Shown piece after piece: positions 38,901 to 51,154 of a stretch of 64,000 nt of DNA. Where the stretch lies: NCBI GenBank assembly GCA_951406725.2, contig OX597816.1, positions 175,026,001 to 175,090,000 of the forward strand, given 5' to 3'. Both the position numbers and the translations under genes were made by a program. A model generated the notes under the pieces. The model searched no databases. It saw nothing but the letters and a program-made list of their open reading frames with translations, and was not told the DNA's origin. The DNA is from Octopus vulgaris. Taxonomy: Eukaryota. Each line of letters starts with the position of its first letter. Within the stretch, counting starts at the first letter, position 1.

Positions 38901-41900
38901 TAATACAGCCCTGTCTTGGCTCTGTTTATTTAGGATTTTGGATTTTCAGTACTCAGTGTGATGTCACAGTTGATTCTTTCTATCTTTCAAAGACAATATT
39001 TGGCCAGCTATTATCATGGTTGTCCATTTGTCCAGATGTTTGAAATAGAATCACATCTTCAATTAGCTTCTGTTATACCTATATAATGTTTTTTTTCTCT
39101 CTCTCTTTATTGTTTGATTCAGCATAGCTGATGTCCTCTGCATCATAAATGACTGGCATGATGTTGCATGCTGATCTACAGGGTATTCATCTTCCCTTCA
39201 ATAAAAACATCCAATAAGCATGGATTTGGATATTATGATTGATTTCATATTGGGAGTGTTGGGGTAGCTGATTTTCAACAGTACAAGCATGACAAAATGT
39301 TTGTTATAATAATGGTAGTAATGGAGGTTGGAATGTATATCCACAATGATTTTTTTTTTCTTGGTACAAGCTTCACAAAACAATCATTAAACAGGTGGTG
39401 ATGTTGGCTTTGGTTGGGACATATATCCAAAGTGGGTTTTTGCCCATTATATATGTTAAGTCTTCATCTACTACTCTCTTTGTTACATTTTCGCCTATAA
39501 CTTACCATAAATTCTCGAGTATAGTCCACCCTTGAGTATAATACGCAGGGAATTTTAGGGGGCTGTACCTCTGAAAAGCCTAAACCTTATGTATAATACG
39601 CACCCCTTCTCTAACTTGAGTCAAGGAGGTCTATATAACGTCCTTGGTTTGTAAAAATGTATACGCTAACGTCCTTTATTATTATTGTATATATAACATA
39701 ATGCAAATGTGTAGCTTTTTTGTGCATTTTGTTTGCAGAAAATAAAGAAATAAGAGTAATAACGTTTATTAAATGTTGCTTACTGTAAGTTATGGATGAT
39801 TCTTTTATGACTTAATTTGCTTTCAGGCTTAGCTTAAGGTATTTTCGCACCCGACATCACAAAATGCGTCTGAATAAAAATTGCTAGACAGCAAATAGAG
39901 ACTCAGACATTGCTTAGAAAGTAATTTTCATTTTTAACCTCGTATATAGTACGCACTAAGGGTTTTGACCTTTAAATTTTTTGGGGAAAATGCGGATTAT
40001 ACTCAAGGATTGACAGTACTCTCTCTCCTATTCACTGTAACACACTTTATATATGTAACAAGGGATGGCAGTTGGTATCTGATCGGTCTGTATTCAATCT
40101 CCTCCATCGTCCCCACCTTATCATTTTATCTCTCTTTTATCATGGTTCCAGTATTATCACACCATGGCATTTGGGCAATGTATTCAATCTCCTTATCAGC
40201 AGGTATATGTAGTTATCACAGTCTCTCTCTTCAATTATTTCTTCTATCAATCTTTCACTCCAATCATTTTGTAAGAAGTGGCTCCTGTGTGCAAACCTAT
40301 TTATTGTCTTGTTGCCTAACAAGGTTTATTTTGTGTTCATGTATGGGATGCAGAGCAGCCTTCTGAAGCACCTGTGCTCAAATTCCTTGATTCTTTGCTC
40401 CATATTATCTGTAAGAGTCCAGCTGAATTCTTACAGCTTGTATATCATCATCATCATCATCATCATCGTTTAACGTCCGCTTTCCATGCTAGCATGGGTT
40501 GGATGGTTCAACTGGGGTCTGGGAAGCCAGACGGCTGCACCAGGCCCAGTCTGATCTGGTAGTGTTTCTACAGCTGGATGTCCTTTCTAACGCCAACCAC
40601 CCCGCGAGTGTAGTGGGTGCTTTTTACGTGCCACTGGCACAGGTGCCAGACGAGGCTGGCAATGGCCATGATCGGATGGTGCTTTTTTACGTGCCACCGG
40701 CATGGAAGCCAGTCAGGGCGGCGCTGGCTACGGCCACGTTCGGATGGTTCTCTTACGTGCCACCGGCACTGGTATCACAGCTACAAATTCCACTGATGTT
40801 GATAGATTACGATTTGTCTGTTCTGACATGGTTTCTACAGCTGGGTGTCCTTCCTAATGCCAAGCACTCCACAGAATGTACTGGTTGCTTTTTATGTGGC
40901 ACCAGTACCAGTACTACCTCTGAAGAGCCTCTGGGGTATTTGAGAAAATGGATTTCCTGAGTATCTGTAGTTTTTATAGTTCCTGTGCGTCTCCCACATA
41001 CAAAACACTACCTTTTCTGATAATCTTCCTATTATTCCATGGTACCTCTTGTGTGTCTTATAGCTTGCACTGGGTACACCATTTGGAGTTCCTCTCTACG
41101 CCTTTTCTACATATCAAGCAGGGCCATTTACGTGATAGGAGAAGGATCCTGTCTATTTTCATGCTTACAAAGACTAATACTCTTTACTCTTTTACGCTTT
41201 TACTTGTTTCAGTCATTTGACTGCAGCCATGCTGGAGCACTGCCTTTAATCGAGCAACTCGACCCCAGGACTTATTCTTTTGTAAGCCCAGTACTTATTC
41301 TATTGGTCTCTTTTGCCAAACAGCTAAGTGACGGGGACATAAATACACCAGCATCGGTTGTCAAGCAACGCTAGGGGGACAAACACAGACACACAAACAC
41401 ACACGCACATATATATATATATACATATATACGACGGGCTTCTTTCAGTTTCCGTCTACCAAATCCACTCACAAGGCTTTGGTCGGCCCGGGGCTATAGT
41501 ACAAGACACTTGCCCAAGGTGCCACGCAGTGGGACTGAACCCAGAACCATGTGGTTGGTAAGCAAGCTACTTACCACACTAAGTTAATCTTAAGACCCTT
41601 TGATTCCAGGTTTTGCTTTCACACCAGGAATTTCTTTTCTAGTTCTGTAACAAAATTTGCTGTATTAAAAACAAGATCATCAGCATATAACAGTTCCCAG
41701 GTGCAGCCAGTCTTGAATTCCTCTGTTACGATGAATAGGAAGGGTCTGAGAACTGAACCATGATGAATGCCTACTTCTATGCTGAATTCATCACTATACT
41801 CCTGGTTAACTCTCACCTTACTGACAGCACCTCTGTACATGGCTTGCACAGCTTTCACAGGTCACTCATCTACCCCTATATCTGTGACTCCTTTTTCATT

Positions 41901-44900
41901 CCTCAGAGTCCACCATATCACACAGCAGGGTACCCTGTGAAAAGCTTTCACTAAGTCAACAAGCCCACATACAATGGTTTATTCTTGGCCAAATACTTCT
42001 GAAGTTGTCTGACTTTAAAGATAGTGTCAGTTGTGCTTCTACCTGGCACAAAGCCAAACTACATTTCATCTAATTTGACTCTTCTAATTAACTGGGCTAT
42101 AACTCTTTCTATCACTTTCATGACCTGGCCCAGCATCTTGATGTCTCTGTAATTACTTCTACCTAAAGCATCCCCCTTACTCCTGTAGCAGCTGACTCTA
42201 ATGCTGCTACACCAATCATTGTGGATGGCACCTTCCTGAATAATCTGGTTAACTATTTGGGTGACTAGACTGTATCCAGATATTTTAAGCATCTCAGCTG
42301 TAACTCCCAATGGGCCTGGGACTTTCTCTGCCTTCATATCCTTAATTGTCTTATCTACCATACTGCTGTCAACTAGGATAATTGGTCTCTCTGTTGAGTT
42401 CACATAGGAGAGGCACTCTTTCTCCCATTCATTCTCTACATTTAATAGCTTTCCATAGTAGCCCTTCCGGGCCTCTTTCTTTTTGGAGTTACTGAGTGCG
42501 AGCATATCATTATCCATATGTACACACTTCTCTCCCACAACATTTCGATTCTCTCTGATACACTGTCTATAAATCCGCAACACCTCAAGTCTCTGATCTT
42601 CACACTGTAAGACATTGGTAAACCTCTTCCTTCTGCTTCTACCCTGGTTAGATAAACCTGTTGCCTAACTTCTCTCTTGGCTACCTCCATTTCTCCACTC
42701 TTTCCAAGTTTGTCTCTTCAATTTTATGACCCTATCTACCTCACTGTCCCACCACTAGGTCACTCTCTTTCTGGCAGAGAATTTATCCCAGCAGCAGATT
42801 TCATCTGCAGCCTTCAGACGGTTGTGTCATAGGAATTTCCAGTTGTCCTCTACATTATATGTCACAACCTCCTCTTTCTCATCAAATGCTTTAATCAGAA
42901 TGTCTCTAACCTTTGATTGTTTAATGGATCTTTTAGCTTCCATAACTTCCTTTTCCAGACTGGTTTATGTCTCTGCATTTGTCCACCCTTAAGTCTAAAG
43001 TCACTAACCACTAACCTACATTGAGTTGTACATTCCTCAATGGGAGAGGACTTTGCATTTATAAGTATCTCTCTATCTCTGTTTCTGGCTTGGGTGCTTG
43101 ATATCCTTGTTCCTTCCTCATTTCTAGTGCCAAAGCCAAAACTTCCATGCACACCATAAAATCAATAGCATGTTGCTTAACATGATCATTAAAGTTGCCA
43201 ACTACAGTACCAAGGTAATTTTCCTTTGTTATTGAGGTGGTCTTCAGAAGGGACTCATAGAAACAGTCCTTCTGTTCATAATCTAGTCCAGCATGTGGAA
43301 CATATGCAAAGATAAATGTTGCTGTTGCATTAGACAAGACGATTCTTAACTTATACCTATTTCTTTATTACCCACAAGGGGCTAAACACAGAGGGGACAA
43401 ACAAGAACAGACATAGGTATTAAGTCGATTACATCGACCCCAGTGCGTAACTGGTACTTAATTTATCGACCCCGAAAGGATGAAAGGCAAAGTCGACCTC
43501 GGCGGAATTTGAACTCACAACGTAACGCAGACGAAATACCGCTAAGCATTTCGCCTGGCGTGCTAACGTTTCTGCCAGCTCGCTGCCTTAACTTATACCT
43601 GATTACCTCAATCACCTTATCTACCCACATCTCTGCAATAAGTATACCTACCCTTCCTACCCCATCACTTCTCCCTTCTATAAGAATTTATATCTACGAT
43701 GATGATGATGATGATGCTCCTTGCCCACAAGCAGTCTAGCTGAGTACTGAATAGCATAGAGCTCTTGTGTCTATGCAGGACCTAAGCCACAGTGGCTTAG
43801 GTCACTGGATTGAAACAAAAAGGCAGAATCAAACATAGAAAAAAATATGATGCCTGAGATATCAAAACAAATAATGGAAAATTCTAGGAAGAATTAGTTA
43901 GAAATTAGATGAGGCAGACTTATGATACATTATCAGAAATAATATTTATTGATGTTATCCCAAAAAGTGAATTAGCTAGTAAATTTTGGAAAGAACTCAG
44001 TGATGTAGCAAGGTACAAAGAAGCCAGCGCCATTTTGAAACAGAAAGATCTCGCCTGCAACCATTGCCATACATGAGATAAAATGAGATCTCACCTGCAA
44101 CCATTATTTAAGGAAAAGACAACAGCATTTTCCCTCTCATTCTTCTCACGCTGATGCCGAACAAGACTTCGAAACCAGGATCTCACAGTGGACTTTTGTC
44201 CCGCTGTGATACCACATGCATTGTCTCCAGATGTTATTGAACCTCACGTTTATGGGAGAGAAGGCTAACTATGCACTGCTGGGAAGATGGTTACAGAAAG
44301 CAAACCCCTTGTACAAAGCACCTGTGAATAAATGGTTATTGAATTTTACACTGCCTGAGAACTTCATTCTTCATATTTCCAACTCCTTGAATCAACAGAA
44401 TAATTATAATGGAAGAAGGTATTCCAAAAGTATCATAAAAAAAACTTTCCTTCCATTATAGATGCAAAATTTAGAGTTAAAGTAGTAGAAAAATTAGGCA
44501 AATCCATTAGGTCAGAAATAAGTAGGACATACTCATTTAATAAGGACCACCTGTTACCATCATTATCATCATCTTTTAAAGTCAATCTTCCTTTTATAGT
44601 CAATCTTCCCTTTAAAGTCAATTTTTCCATTCATGTATCCAATGGATCTGAGGAGTGCATAATGCTCACTAGAAGTAGTTGATTGCATTTGTTACCTCGA
44701 TGTAATTAGCTAGGGAAGAGTAGCAAGAATAAGAAGTTTAGAGAGCTACTAGCACTGTTGGCAACAAAGAGTAGTTTGTATGACTACCTGTGAAACAATT
44801 TGTATGATAGTGAAACATGGGCCTTAAGCATAGAGGAATTGAATGTGCAATGGAAGTGTGAATGAATATGTACTGAGAGAAAAAAAACAGATAAGAAGGA

Positions 44901-47900
44901 TCAGATTTAGTGTGTAAAAATGAAGATTGTGCTGATATGGACATATGATGCATTTGGATAAGAACTGCTGCATAAAGAAATGCTGATTGCTTGGAGCTTG
45001 TGAAAGAGGGAGATATAGGACAAATTAGTGAGATCAGTCTTCACCACTTCATCCCATATCTTCTGGGATCTCTGTCTTTCACAGGTTCATCCACCTACTT
45101 GGAATGTGCTGCACTTTGTTATACAGTTGTCTTCTTTCATAAGCACTACACACCCGTACATCACTGTTTTCTCTCTTGTACACCACATCTGATACCTAGT
45201 TATTCTCTCAGCATATTTGTACTCAATCAATCAGGTACACTGATGATACACAACTAGTCAAGTATGCTCACTTAATTTCTTTCTAGTCTTTGCAAGTCCT
45301 CTGCTTACAAGGCCCATGTATAGGGAAAAGTGCATGCAACAAAAGGGGGGAAAATGAAATTAAAAGAGAGAGAGGGTGTGAGAGAGAAAAACAGTGTGTG
45401 TTGTATTAAAAACAATATGTTAGAATTTGATTTTTTTAAGGAATTTTATCAATTAAGAGAGTATCCCAATTATGCTTTGTGAATTACTGCAAAGCACATG
45501 AAGAACATGGAATTTTTAGGATGTAACTGATGGTTTGCAATGTTAAAAAGCTAATTCCTACAGGTGCACTATTGTTCCAATTTAAATTTGAAGGATTAAT
45601 AAAGATGTATGAAAAACTCTTAATAAAAAGAGTGAAACTTGAAAAAAAAGCTGTTCCCTATTTACATATATGCTCACATACATTTATTAAATGTTTTTAT
45701 TTTACTTACATAATAATGAATGTTAATATACTATTTTGCTTTATAGATTTCCTCCTATCTGCCCATTTATGGAATTGGATTATGTTGTGAATAAGTCAAT
45801 GCAGGCCATTCTGACTAACCAGTACATACTCTGTTTACCAAGACTTGTCTACTTTCAAGCTGCATTTAAAGCGTAAGTGGCTCTAAACAAAGTAGTACCA
45901 AATAGTAAGAATTTAGACTGTCTACTAAAGAATCTGGAGGCGCAATGCCCAGTGGTTAGGGCAGCGGACTCGCGGTCGTAGGATCGCGGTTTCGATTCCC
46001 AGACCGGGCGTTGTGTGTGTTTATTGAGCGAAAACACCTAAAAGCTCCACGACGCTCCGGCAGGGGGTGGTGATCCCTGCTGTACTCTTTCACCACTCTT
46101 TCTCTCACTCTTTCGTCTGTTGGCCTGCTCGCTTAGCCAGCGGGGTGGCATCATTCGAAGGCTAAAACAATGCAAACGCATTGTGACCAGCGATGTGTAA
46201 CTACATCTGATGGTCTGGTCGATCACGTGATAACTAAAGAATCTATGGTTCAATTCTAATCAAGTAGCTTAGTTCATCTAGATGTAAATAGATGTAATAA
46301 GTAATGATGAGTAGGTATAAGTATCGAAAGCATTGTACCACTGAGCATTAGACAGCTGTGCTGAATTCAAACCTTCTTTCTTTGATATCAGTTGGTGTGG
46401 TTGAGGCTGACTAATTTAACTTGTTCTGAATACTTTGCTTCATGACAAAGTTGTTTCCTATGAGCTTTTACATTATAAGTTCCATTCAGCTTTTTCATTT
46501 TCAATGCTAAGCAAATGAGTCTTTATGCGGCTTTTGGGATCAAATCAGTCAACTGTCCACTTTCTGTGCATAGAAATAGAGAATTCTCTATCAGAGAATT
46601 CTCAACCCCATTACTTACTCATGATTTATAATTAAAAATAGAAATATTCTAAATGTTTATTTATTATTATAATCCACTGTATTTTACCTTACAGAAATAT
46701 CATCTTCTCCTTTCCAAGTTATGCAGATCAGGTCTCTGCCTCTGAATTTTATACTATTTCATTTTTATGATATTTCTATATTATCTTGCAGTACCTTATT
46801 TAGTACATTATATCAATTACAGTTTTAGGATTTTACCAATATCACTGTGTTCATTTTGTTAGTATGAGACAGTATTTAGTGTTTTGGTTTGTTCATTTTA
46901 TTTTCCATTTATCATTTGATATGATGTATGACTTCTCATCGTCACTGTTATATCTGAACTGTTATAATATCAAACATTCCTGCTGTTCTCTTATTACTCT
47001 CCAACTGTGTATCTTCAACAAGCACTCCACGACATCTCTATTCAATAATTCCTACAACCTGTACACTCTGACTGCACATATGACACTCTTCTCAGACTGT
47101 TCTGCGCATGCTCATTTATACTTGTTGTGATTTTCACTTAGCCAATCACAGGAGTGTACAGTTTCCCCATACAACACTATTTTATAATATTCCACTACCT
47201 CCATTTCACTTTTGACATTATAGAACAGAGATCCTTCCAGAATAGGTGTTTAGTGACGCATGGCCTGCAGAGTAGAAAAATAATTAGAAAATGTATTCTA
47301 ATCAATAACCTAGGGGACAATAAAAGGGTCCTTTCACTATATCTTTTGTTAAAAAATTATCTTTGCATTTATGGTCATTATTTTTACACTGTAATAGTTT
47401 TACATCCATTGTTCTATGAAAGCATTGTATAGATCCTTGTCAGTTTTCTAACTGAAATAAAAGTTTAAAAGTACTCAATTTATTCAAAAGAAATGAATTG
47501 TCTAGTGCTTAAATTTTTTTTTTGTTATTGAAAGGGTGCTAATTGAAATTATTTTTTCTGCCTTTAACCCCTCCAACACGGAGTATAGGCCACTTATAAT
47601 TGAATTCCATGTCACTTCTGTACTTATACTCTGCCATGAATGTCCCCTTTCTCTAGTTCTTTTTGTGTTGATCTACACCAGGAGTTCTTAGGCCTACCTT
47701 TCTTTCTATATCCATCCGGATTCCACTGTAAAGCACTTTTCACTACATTTGGTGTGTCTTTTCTAATTGTGCTACCAATCCACTTCCACTTTTCCTTAAA
47801 TATTTGCTCCCTAATCAAAACCTGATTTGTTCTTTGCCATAGCTCCATATTGCTTATGTGTTCGGGCCATCTAATTTTAAGTATACTATGCAAGCATCTG

Positions 47901-50699
47901 TTGATGAATGATTCTATTTGCTTATTTGACTTAACTGATATTCACCATGTCTCATCCCCATACAATAACACCGCTTTTACGTTAGTGTTAAAAATTCTTA
48001 TTTTGAAATTACTCTTGCACTCCATACGTTTTTTTAACAGGTAAAAAGCAGTTCTTGCCTTACTTATTCTCATCTTAATATCTTCGTCGGTGCCACCTGA
48101 AAATGCTATCTTACTACCTAAATACGTAAACTCTGCTGCATCCTCTAGTTCATCGGTTTCTAGTTTAATACGTTCGTTGCTTTCTTCATTAATGCACATA
48201 ATTTTTGATTTGTCGCGGTTGACTTTCAATCCTAGTTTGGCAGCTATTGCTTCTAATTTTGACATTTTATTTTGCATTTGGCTATATGTTTGTGAAAGTA
48301 GCACTATATCATCTGCAAAGTCGAGATCTTCTTGAGCTTCTGCATCTGTCCATTCAATGCCTGTTTGGCTTTCAATCGTAGTTTCCTTCATAATCCAATC
48401 TATAACTAGTAGAAATATAAAGGGAGAAAGTATACAGCCCTGTCGAACTCCTGTTTTTACTTCGAATTTATCTGTAGCTCTGTTTCTATGCAAGACTCGG
48501 CATGACATTCCTTGGTAAGTTGCTCTTATTATAGATATATACTTGTCTGGTATGCTGTAGTGCTGCATAATTTTCCATAAGCCTTCCCTATCTACACTAT
48601 CAAATGCTTTTTTGAAATCAATAAAGTTAATATAAAGCAGTGCATTCCACTCTGCGCTTTGCTCTAAGATGATGCAAAGAGTGGCGATTTGATCTACACA
48701 TGAACGATTCTTCCTAAATCCGGCTTGTTCTTTACGTAACAATTTGTCAACTGCTGTCCTCATCCGCTCTAAAAGTATCCCGTTAAAAACTTTTCCGGAA
48801 GTCGATAATAGCATAATCCCTCTATAGTTTCCGTAAACGCTTAAATCACCTTTTTTGGGCAATTTTACAATGAGTCCCTCTTTCCAATCGTTAGGCACAT
48901 TTTCTCCCTGCCATATCTTAGAAAATAATGGATGAAACATTTCTACCGCTATTTCTATAGCTGATTTCATTGCTTCAGCTGGAATGTTGTCTACACCTCC
49001 CGCTTTCCCATTCTTGAGGGATTGTATAGCCTTTCTTATTTCAAACTTGGACAGTGGGTCAAGGCTGATGTTAAGATCCAAATTTCTTGGCACAATGTTG
49101 GCTATTATGTCTGGAGGTAGTCTATTGAGCAAATCTTCAAAATGCTCCTTTTCTACTCTTACTCTCTTCTCGGATAGTAATTCAGTTGTGTTGTACAGCT
49201 CTTTCATGTTCTGGCGCTGAGCTGCACTTTCTGCTGTTGTTGCTAAATTTTCGAAATATTTTCACTTGTCTCTTCTTAATTGTTTTTTAACTTTCTTATT
49301 TTGTTGATTGTAATTTCCCTGACATCTATTTATCTCTACTTCTAAGCTTGCCGATAGTGATTTTTCCTTTAGCTTCTTTTGTACTTCTATGGCTGTTAGT
49401 GTCTCTTGTGATATACACATCTTATTCTTTTTGCTTACACACCCTACGAATTCTTCTAATAATGAAATAAAAGCATCCTTAATTTTTGACCAAGTGTGTT
49501 CTGTTGTGTTGCCTTGCATCCTTTTTACTTGCATTGATTTGCATGATAATACTTTTCTGTATTTTATTTGGGTGTCTTCATGTTTTAGTAAATCAACATT
49601 GTATTTTCGTTGAACCTTACATTCCTCTTTTAAAACCCTTAATTTCTGTTGTAGTCTGCCAAATAGTAGGTGGTTGTCGGAGGCTGCGTCAGCCCCTCTT
49701 TTTACCCTAACATCTAACAGTGATCTCCTGAATTTGCAGCTTACACAGATGTGATTAATATGATTTTGCGTTTTCAGATCTGGCGATATCCATGTAGCTT
49801 TGGGAAGGTCATTGTGCGGAAATAAAGTTCCTCCAATGATCAACTGGTTATTTGTGCAAAAGTCAGCAGATAACTGGCCTAAACCATGTTCTCCCATAAT
49901 GGCTTCATATCCTAAATTAATGTTTCTGACTTTTGCACTGAAATCACCCAAAACCATTCTCAACTCTTTCTCAGTCTGTTTTTCAATTACGCTCTGCAGA
50001 GTATCATAAAATTCGACTTTTGTTAATTCATCAGCATCATTTGTTGGGGCGTAGCACATAACGATTGTAAGGAAAATCCGCTTATGAGATGTTCTAAACT
50101 TTACTAGTATCAATCTTTCGGTTATGGGTAGCCATTCTATTAATGCTTTAACCAATTTCTTAGTCAGCGTCAGAGCTATTCCCCTTGTGTGATGCGCCTT
50201 GTCATCTTTGTGCCCTGAGTATATATAATTGTTTTTCCTGAAGCTAGCTTAGTTTGTCCATTATCAATCCACCTAGTTTCACACAAACCCCAAATTTCCA
50301 ATTTGTAATTGTCCATTTCTTTGCTAATATTTGCACACTTTCCAGCAGTAAACACTGATAGTTGACAAATCTTGTATTAATTTATCAACCAAAGGTTTCC
50401 AGAGTCAAAGGTTTTTTATGACGCCAAATAGTCAAAGCCCTCGGGAAGCTAGTTGGCTGATACGGCTTTCGACAAAGGATTCCACGAGGTTCGATGCGTG
50501 GAATATTTGAACGATGTTTACTGCTAATTGAAATAGTAAAACCTAAATCATAATCCCCCCCCCCCCAAAAAAACATATTAATAAATTTTCTCTTTTTTTC
50601 TTTTACAGAATTTTACCAACTGGAGCGTGGATTGCCTCTTGTAGGTTTTTTGGTACCATGACTTTTATGGATGGTTTTGTTGGTAATAAAAAGGACTGA
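29780..50699 (+). CDS. SDR16C-family short-chain dehydrogenase/reductase (epidermal retinol dehydrogenase 2 / SDR16C5 / RDH10-like), 3' portion in 4 exons: 29780-29945, 34815-35059, 45747-45872, 50609-50699
   Basis: Manual splicing gives one frame: (S)[55 protein letters not shown]|[82 protein letters not shown]|[42 protein letters not shown]|[29 protein letters not shown]. All introns are GT..AG with compatible phases (0,2,2). The N-terminal TGxxxGxG exon(s) were not found in the window. Confidence 0.9.
30398..30740 (+). mobile_element. LINE reverse transcriptase fragment (RTE/RTEX-like)
   Basis: [20 protein letters not shown]...[12 protein letters not shown]...[13 protein letters not shown]. 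Confidence 0.8.
30775..32090 (-). mobile_element. Decayed PHD-RTE family fragment interrupted by a SINE
   Basis: Minus-strand [33 protein letters not shown] and RCSVQKRRL. Confidence 0.8.
31232..31625 (+). mobile_element. OR1-like tRNA(Arg) SINE
   Basis: Near-identical to 20666-21043; 11-bp TSD AATAGAAACTA (31221-31231, 31626-31636); (CCAT)n tail. Confidence 0.9.
32101..32416. mobile_element. Mariner-type MITE
   Basis: TIRs of about 26 bp (TATTGGGTCATCC..TAAATAATG); flanked by TA. Confidence 0.82.
32852..33255 (+). mobile_element. OK-like SINE
   Basis: Full head-to-tail match to the other copies; sits directly after a (GAT)n tail. Confidence 0.88.
34377..34596. mobile_element. piggyBac-type MITE
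   Basis: TTAA TSD (34373-34376, 34597-34600); TIR CCCTTTCATTAC / GTAATGAAAGGG. Confidence 0.85.
34815..35059 (+). CDS. SDR16C-like dehydrogenase exon with catalytic Ser and YxxxK
   Basis: Acceptor CAG ending 34814; encodes [11 protein letters not shown]...[12 protein letters not shown]...GIKTTLICP (ORF track 34839..35063); donor GTAAG at 35060. Confidence 0.93.
35757..36493 (+). mobile_element. RTE 3'-UTR copy with an expanded array of about 7 alternating 60-bp modules
   Basis: Start matches 3600-3745; A/B alternating units at 35905-36325; (GAT)n tail. Confidence 0.9.
36497..36813 (+). mobile_element. Second RTE 3'-UTR copy in tandem
   Basis: 3 modules, family tail and (GAT)n, directly after the previous copy's tail. 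Confidence 0.88.
36989..37284 (-). mobile_element. Non-autonomous Helitron (same family as 4756-5149, internally shorter)
   Basis: On the minus strand: A|TC start, hairpin CCCGAGCAACGCCGGG, CTAG|T end. Confidence 0.85.
37679..38060 (+). mobile_element. OK-like SINE
   Basis: Matches 32852-33255 with small deletions. Confidence 0.87.
38730..38900 (-). mobile_element. Mariner transposase catalytic-domain fragment
   Basis: [27 protein letters not shown]...YELVPHLPY. Confidence 0.8.
39505..40016. mobile_element. Tc1/mariner-superfamily (pogo/Tc2-like) MITE
   Basis: Imperfect TIRs CCATAAATTCTCGAGTATAGTCC / GGATTATACTCAAGGATTGACAG; TA on both sides. Confidence 0.7.
40445..40812 (-). mobile_element. 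RTE 3'-UTR copy
   Basis: (CAT)n, family tail, 3 modules. Confidence 0.85.
41178..41579 (-). mobile_element. OK-like SINE nested in the RTE
   Basis: Reverse-complement match to the other copies; 5' head slightly truncated. Confidence 0.87.
43359..43588 (-). mobile_element. Meta/MESC-like SINE
   Basis: TSD TAACTTATACCT (43347-43358, 43589-43600). Confidence 0.87.
45747..45872 (+). CDS. SDR16C-like dehydrogenase penultimate coding exon
   Basis: Acceptor TAG ending 45746; [32 protein letters not shown] resembles the SDR16C C-terminal region; donor GTAAGT at 45873. Confidence 0.85.
45936..46232 (+). mobile_element. OR2-like tRNA(Arg) SINE, 63 bp after the exon donor
   Basis: 12-bp TSD ACTAAAGAATCT (45924-45935, 46233-46244). 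Confidence 0.9.
47550..50521 (-). mobile_element. RTE-clade LINE (endonuclease and RT, no PHD finger) with an inverted 5' end
   Basis: ORFs 49262..50155, 47942..49207 and 47624..47893 share one frame separated by single stops ([41 protein letters not shown]); 13-bp TSD TGCTAATTGAAAT (47537-47549, 50522-50534). Confidence 0.93.
50609..50699 (+). CDS. SDR16C-like dehydrogenase last coding exon
   Basis: Strong polypyrimidine tract + CAG ending 50608; [29 protein letters not shown] then TGA; the terminal MDxFxG motif is typical of this family. Confidence 0.85.
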
Positions 50700-51154
50700 A
50701 CATCACATTAGGAATTATTTATTGATTTAACTTTAGATTGATTTGAAGCCTGAACTTGACTGATCAAAATCTTTCTTGTATTACCTCTGACATACTTTCC
50801 ATCAAACATTATTTCTTGTTTTCTCAGATCATGCTTAAACATTTCTCTCTATATATTCCTTTAGCAATATTTCTGCCCCAGCTGCAGCAAATCCTGGATC
50901 TAGTTTTCTCAGTGATTACTTGTCACTTTCTAGGAGCGAGGGAAAAGACACTATTCTTTCATTTAAGCTTGTACTCAGTATTTTAATATTAAACTCATTT
51001 CTCTCTCACTCTTAAGTATTGTTACCTTTTTAGATGGAGATGGTTGTTGTTGAGCCACTCAGAAAGCTGTGATCTCACTTGGTAGTAGACCTGAACAAAG
51101 AACATATGAACTAGGTTGTAACTTTAAAATTTTTTATTGTGGCCACACATATAT

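Larger units (their letters stand above)
40915..43700 (-). mobile_element. Older decayed PHD-RTE family copy including endonuclease remnants, interrupted by two SINEs
   Basis: ORFs 43059..43337 (AYVPHAG, GNFNDHV), 42059..42583 and 41619..41858 (ELLYADDL). Confidence 0.87.

Noticed and set aside
39200-39440. Possible piggyBac transposase remnant
   Set aside because: Similarity is too weak and frameshifted to support by eye
44001-44400. Possible solo LTR, with a CTGATG...GAAAC hammerhead-like motif at about 44151-44175
   Set aside because: No convincing TSD or terminal inverted match; the core reads CTGATGC rather than CTGANGA and stem II does not pair
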